From positions 1 through 64,000 of the forward strand of contig CAJFCJ010000027.1 of the NCBI GenBank assembly GCA_904063045.1: DNA of 64,000 bases. Direction: 5' to 3'. Within the stretch, counting starts at the first letter, position 1. Every line of letters starts with the position of its first letter. The stretch is from Dimorphilus gyrociliatus. Lineage: Eukaryota > Animalia > Annelida. The notes under the pieces were generated by a model, which did no database searches, was not told the DNA's origin, and saw only the letters and a program-made list of their open reading frames with translations. Below are positions 61,668 to 64,000 of this stretch, one piece after another. The translations under genes and the position numbers were made by a program.

Positions 61668-63441
61668 CAGTATATAACAATTAACCTAACAATTAACCTA
61701 ACTCTTCCATGTGATTTTAATGCGTCTGCCAAGTGTCGCTCGTATTGAGATGCTTTACGGCCAGGCCTAATTGATGAATGGTTAAAATACATATTTTCTA
61801 TTCACTACATCCGAAACAGTTCACTACCAAAATATTGACTATTAACCATCTTATATTGTTAATAACTGTATATTAATTTGATAACTGCATTACATTTATT
61901 AAGTAATTTGTTACGATAACTCTTTGGTATACGGATGCTAAAACAGGTCAAGAGAAGACAAGTTAGCATATTCGGGCATCTATGAATAATAGTAATAACA
62001 AGAATAATAATAGTTAACAAGGTGAGAATGAGAGAGAGAAGGGGCAAGGGGCGAATAGTACAAGACACGCCTTACAAATTATCAAAGACTAAGCCTCACC
62101 TTTAGAGTAATGTTCAACTTTCAAGGTTAATTTATTAAAATAATATACGCGTCTCTGGTAAAGGTTCGCTTTTTATAACTTTTAGGGCTAATTTTTTTTT
62201 TTAAAAAAGCAAAAAGAAAAGATGAAAAAGAAATATACAAACACTAAAAAACTTGTACTATACTTGAGTATTAAATATTATAGAATACATTGAATTAGTC
62301 CTACAGAGAGGGCGTGTTTTTTTAGCATGACGTATAGAGAAGCCAGTACATAATTAATCCGAGTACCAGCTTCACTTGACGATTTGGCAGACTATTTAGA
62401 AGGTATGTTCATCCTCTTTCTTTTAGTTTCTCTCCACCCGTCATTCTTTTCCCCAGCGAAACAGTTTCTGAATATCCCGAAGAAACTATTACTAATCAGC
62501 AGTTATCTGACTCAACGACTTGCGAAAGTTTTACTTCTTTCGCATATTCTGTTTTCGCTGTCCATACGGTTGTACGTGCGTTGTTTACCTTTGAACGACT
62601 GTAGAGTAGACGGGTGTCAGTTTTGCAGCCAACAAGTTGATTTTAGACAAAAATTAGCATCGTCGTTAGAACCTATTCTGAAGTAAATACTTAATATGTC
62701 AATTTGAAAGAATAATTTATGAAAAAACTAGAATAAATGAATGGTATATATGAATATTGCTTATAAAAAATGTATATGTATATACAGTCTATGTATAGAT
62801 AGAAACATATTTATTTATAGTTCATAAACTCGTGTAAAATCCTAATCAATAAAAGTTTTAATACAGCATAGAATACCTATTCATTACGTTCATTAGGGCT
62901 ATAATAGACAAATCAAGTAAGTAATCAATGTATAAATGCATTAATCAGTCAATCAATTAATTATTGATCGATCGATCTATCAATCAATCAATCAATCAAT
63001 TGATATATATATATATATTGATATCGGTCAGTTAGTTAATTCATTCATTAGTTCTTTCGTCCATCCATCCATTCATTCATTCATTCATTCAACAGTCTAT
63101 CGTGCGCATGCACGTCCTGCCGAATGTAATAGCGTATATTTGCACAATACAAGTTGGAATAAATTACAATGCTGATGCGCTATAATCCAGCACGCGTGCC
63201 AACATCGAATATAACGTAAATTATTATTTATTAGATTATCATAAAATAGTCTATAAATAACTTACTGAAAGAAAAGGGCCTTTACATAATGGATAGATGC
63301 GTAGAGAGTATATATACGTACGTAAAATATACAAGAATACATTCTGCGTAGCTGGAAAGATAAAAGAAACCCATCAACCAAACAACGTTATCACACTTAA
63401 TTTTTCATGTAAAATAGCACTCTTCACTCTTTATTGCAGTC

Positions 63442-64000
63442 ATGTCAAATCCGCCGGTTTCGAAGGAAAGTTCGGTTTCGTCCGACTTCTCAGATATTGT
63501 TCAACACAAGAATAAAAGAAACGCTTTCAAGAATGGAGCTGCGGCCATTCTCTACGCTTCGAACGGTAAGGCCATACCAGTTTCGGCCTCTCCCAACGAA
63601 CCGGCCAATGGAAGCGATCAAGAGATGCCTCTGCTCATGTATCAGACGTGGTTCGACGCAATAGAAAAGGACGATCTTGAAAGTGCAAAGCGAATTCTAA
63701 CCGGTGTTCGAACCGAAGTGGATATAATGCTCAACGGCAAATTCGAATTTCACTATTTTACCAACAGTTCAAAGAATAAAATCTGGAAGCAAAAGAATAA
63801 AACTCTACCCTGCTTTTTCCAACGTCCAGTAGTTTTGGCGGCAGTTTTCAGATCGAAGGAAGTACTGAAATTCATATTGAATCAGGGGGCAGATATCTAT
63901 TTGAACGACGGTGGCGATAACAACATTATACACGCAATTGTTTGGGGTGCGGCTCTTCAACCGGAATACGAGAACGAATACAAGAAAATCTATCGTATGA
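63442..64000 (+). CDS. Ankyrin-repeat protein, TRPV-like N-terminus (partial, runs off window)
   Basis: Frame open from ATG 63442 to the window end (absent from the ORF track because there is no stop); WFDAIEKDDL, PVVLAAVFRSKEVLKFILNQGADIYLNDGGDNNIIHAIV; upstream acceptor TTATTGCAG. Confidence 0.75.
   Translation, partial: MSNPPVSKESSVSSDFSDIVQHKNKRNAFKNGAAAILYASNGKAIPVSASPNEPANGSDQEMPLLMYQTWFDAIEKDDLESAKRILTGVRTEVDIMLNGKFEFHYFTNSSKNKIWKQKNKTLPCFFQRPVVLAAVFRSKEVLKFILNQGADIYLNDGGDNNIIHAIVWGAALQPEYENEYKKIYRM

Overview
Left end of a eukaryotic chromosome from an AT-rich invertebrate genome. Gene content (tyramine-like receptor, SLC44, MFSD4-like, TRPV-type ankyrins) and 50-150 bp introns suggest a protostome, probably a lophotrochozoan; this is inference. 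Layout: (1) 1-490, a mixed CCCTAA/CCTAA telomere interrupted by two short non-telomeric fragments. (2) ~491-3965, a mosaic subtelomeric element with no ORF. It carries two type I hammerhead ribozymes with a compensatory base pair, two 124/125-identical structured 3' modules ending in telomere-matching AAACCC, internal telomeric tracts, and five copies of an invariant-armed stem-loop. The fragments inside the telomere are exact or near-exact copies of this element's telomere-matching ends, which suggests a ribozyme-bearing RNA is repeatedly reverse-transcribed onto the chromosome tip, alternating with telomerase. This is the strongest candidate for a new system. (3) 5-17 kb, compact genes: BC-box LRR protein, a tandem chemoreceptor-like GPCR cluster, a choline-transporter-like gene with an in-frame TAA, and an intronless DUF985 cupin. 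(4) 17-54 kb, a microsatellite-rich gene-poor region with an interstitial telomere insertion flanked by a 15-bp duplication and a tyramine-like receptor. (5) 54-64 kb, an MFS transporter, a secreted four-helix-cytokine-like orphan, a 62-bp palindrome, and an ankyrin/TRPV-like gene running off the edge. All family calls come from motif recognition by eye; no database searches were run.
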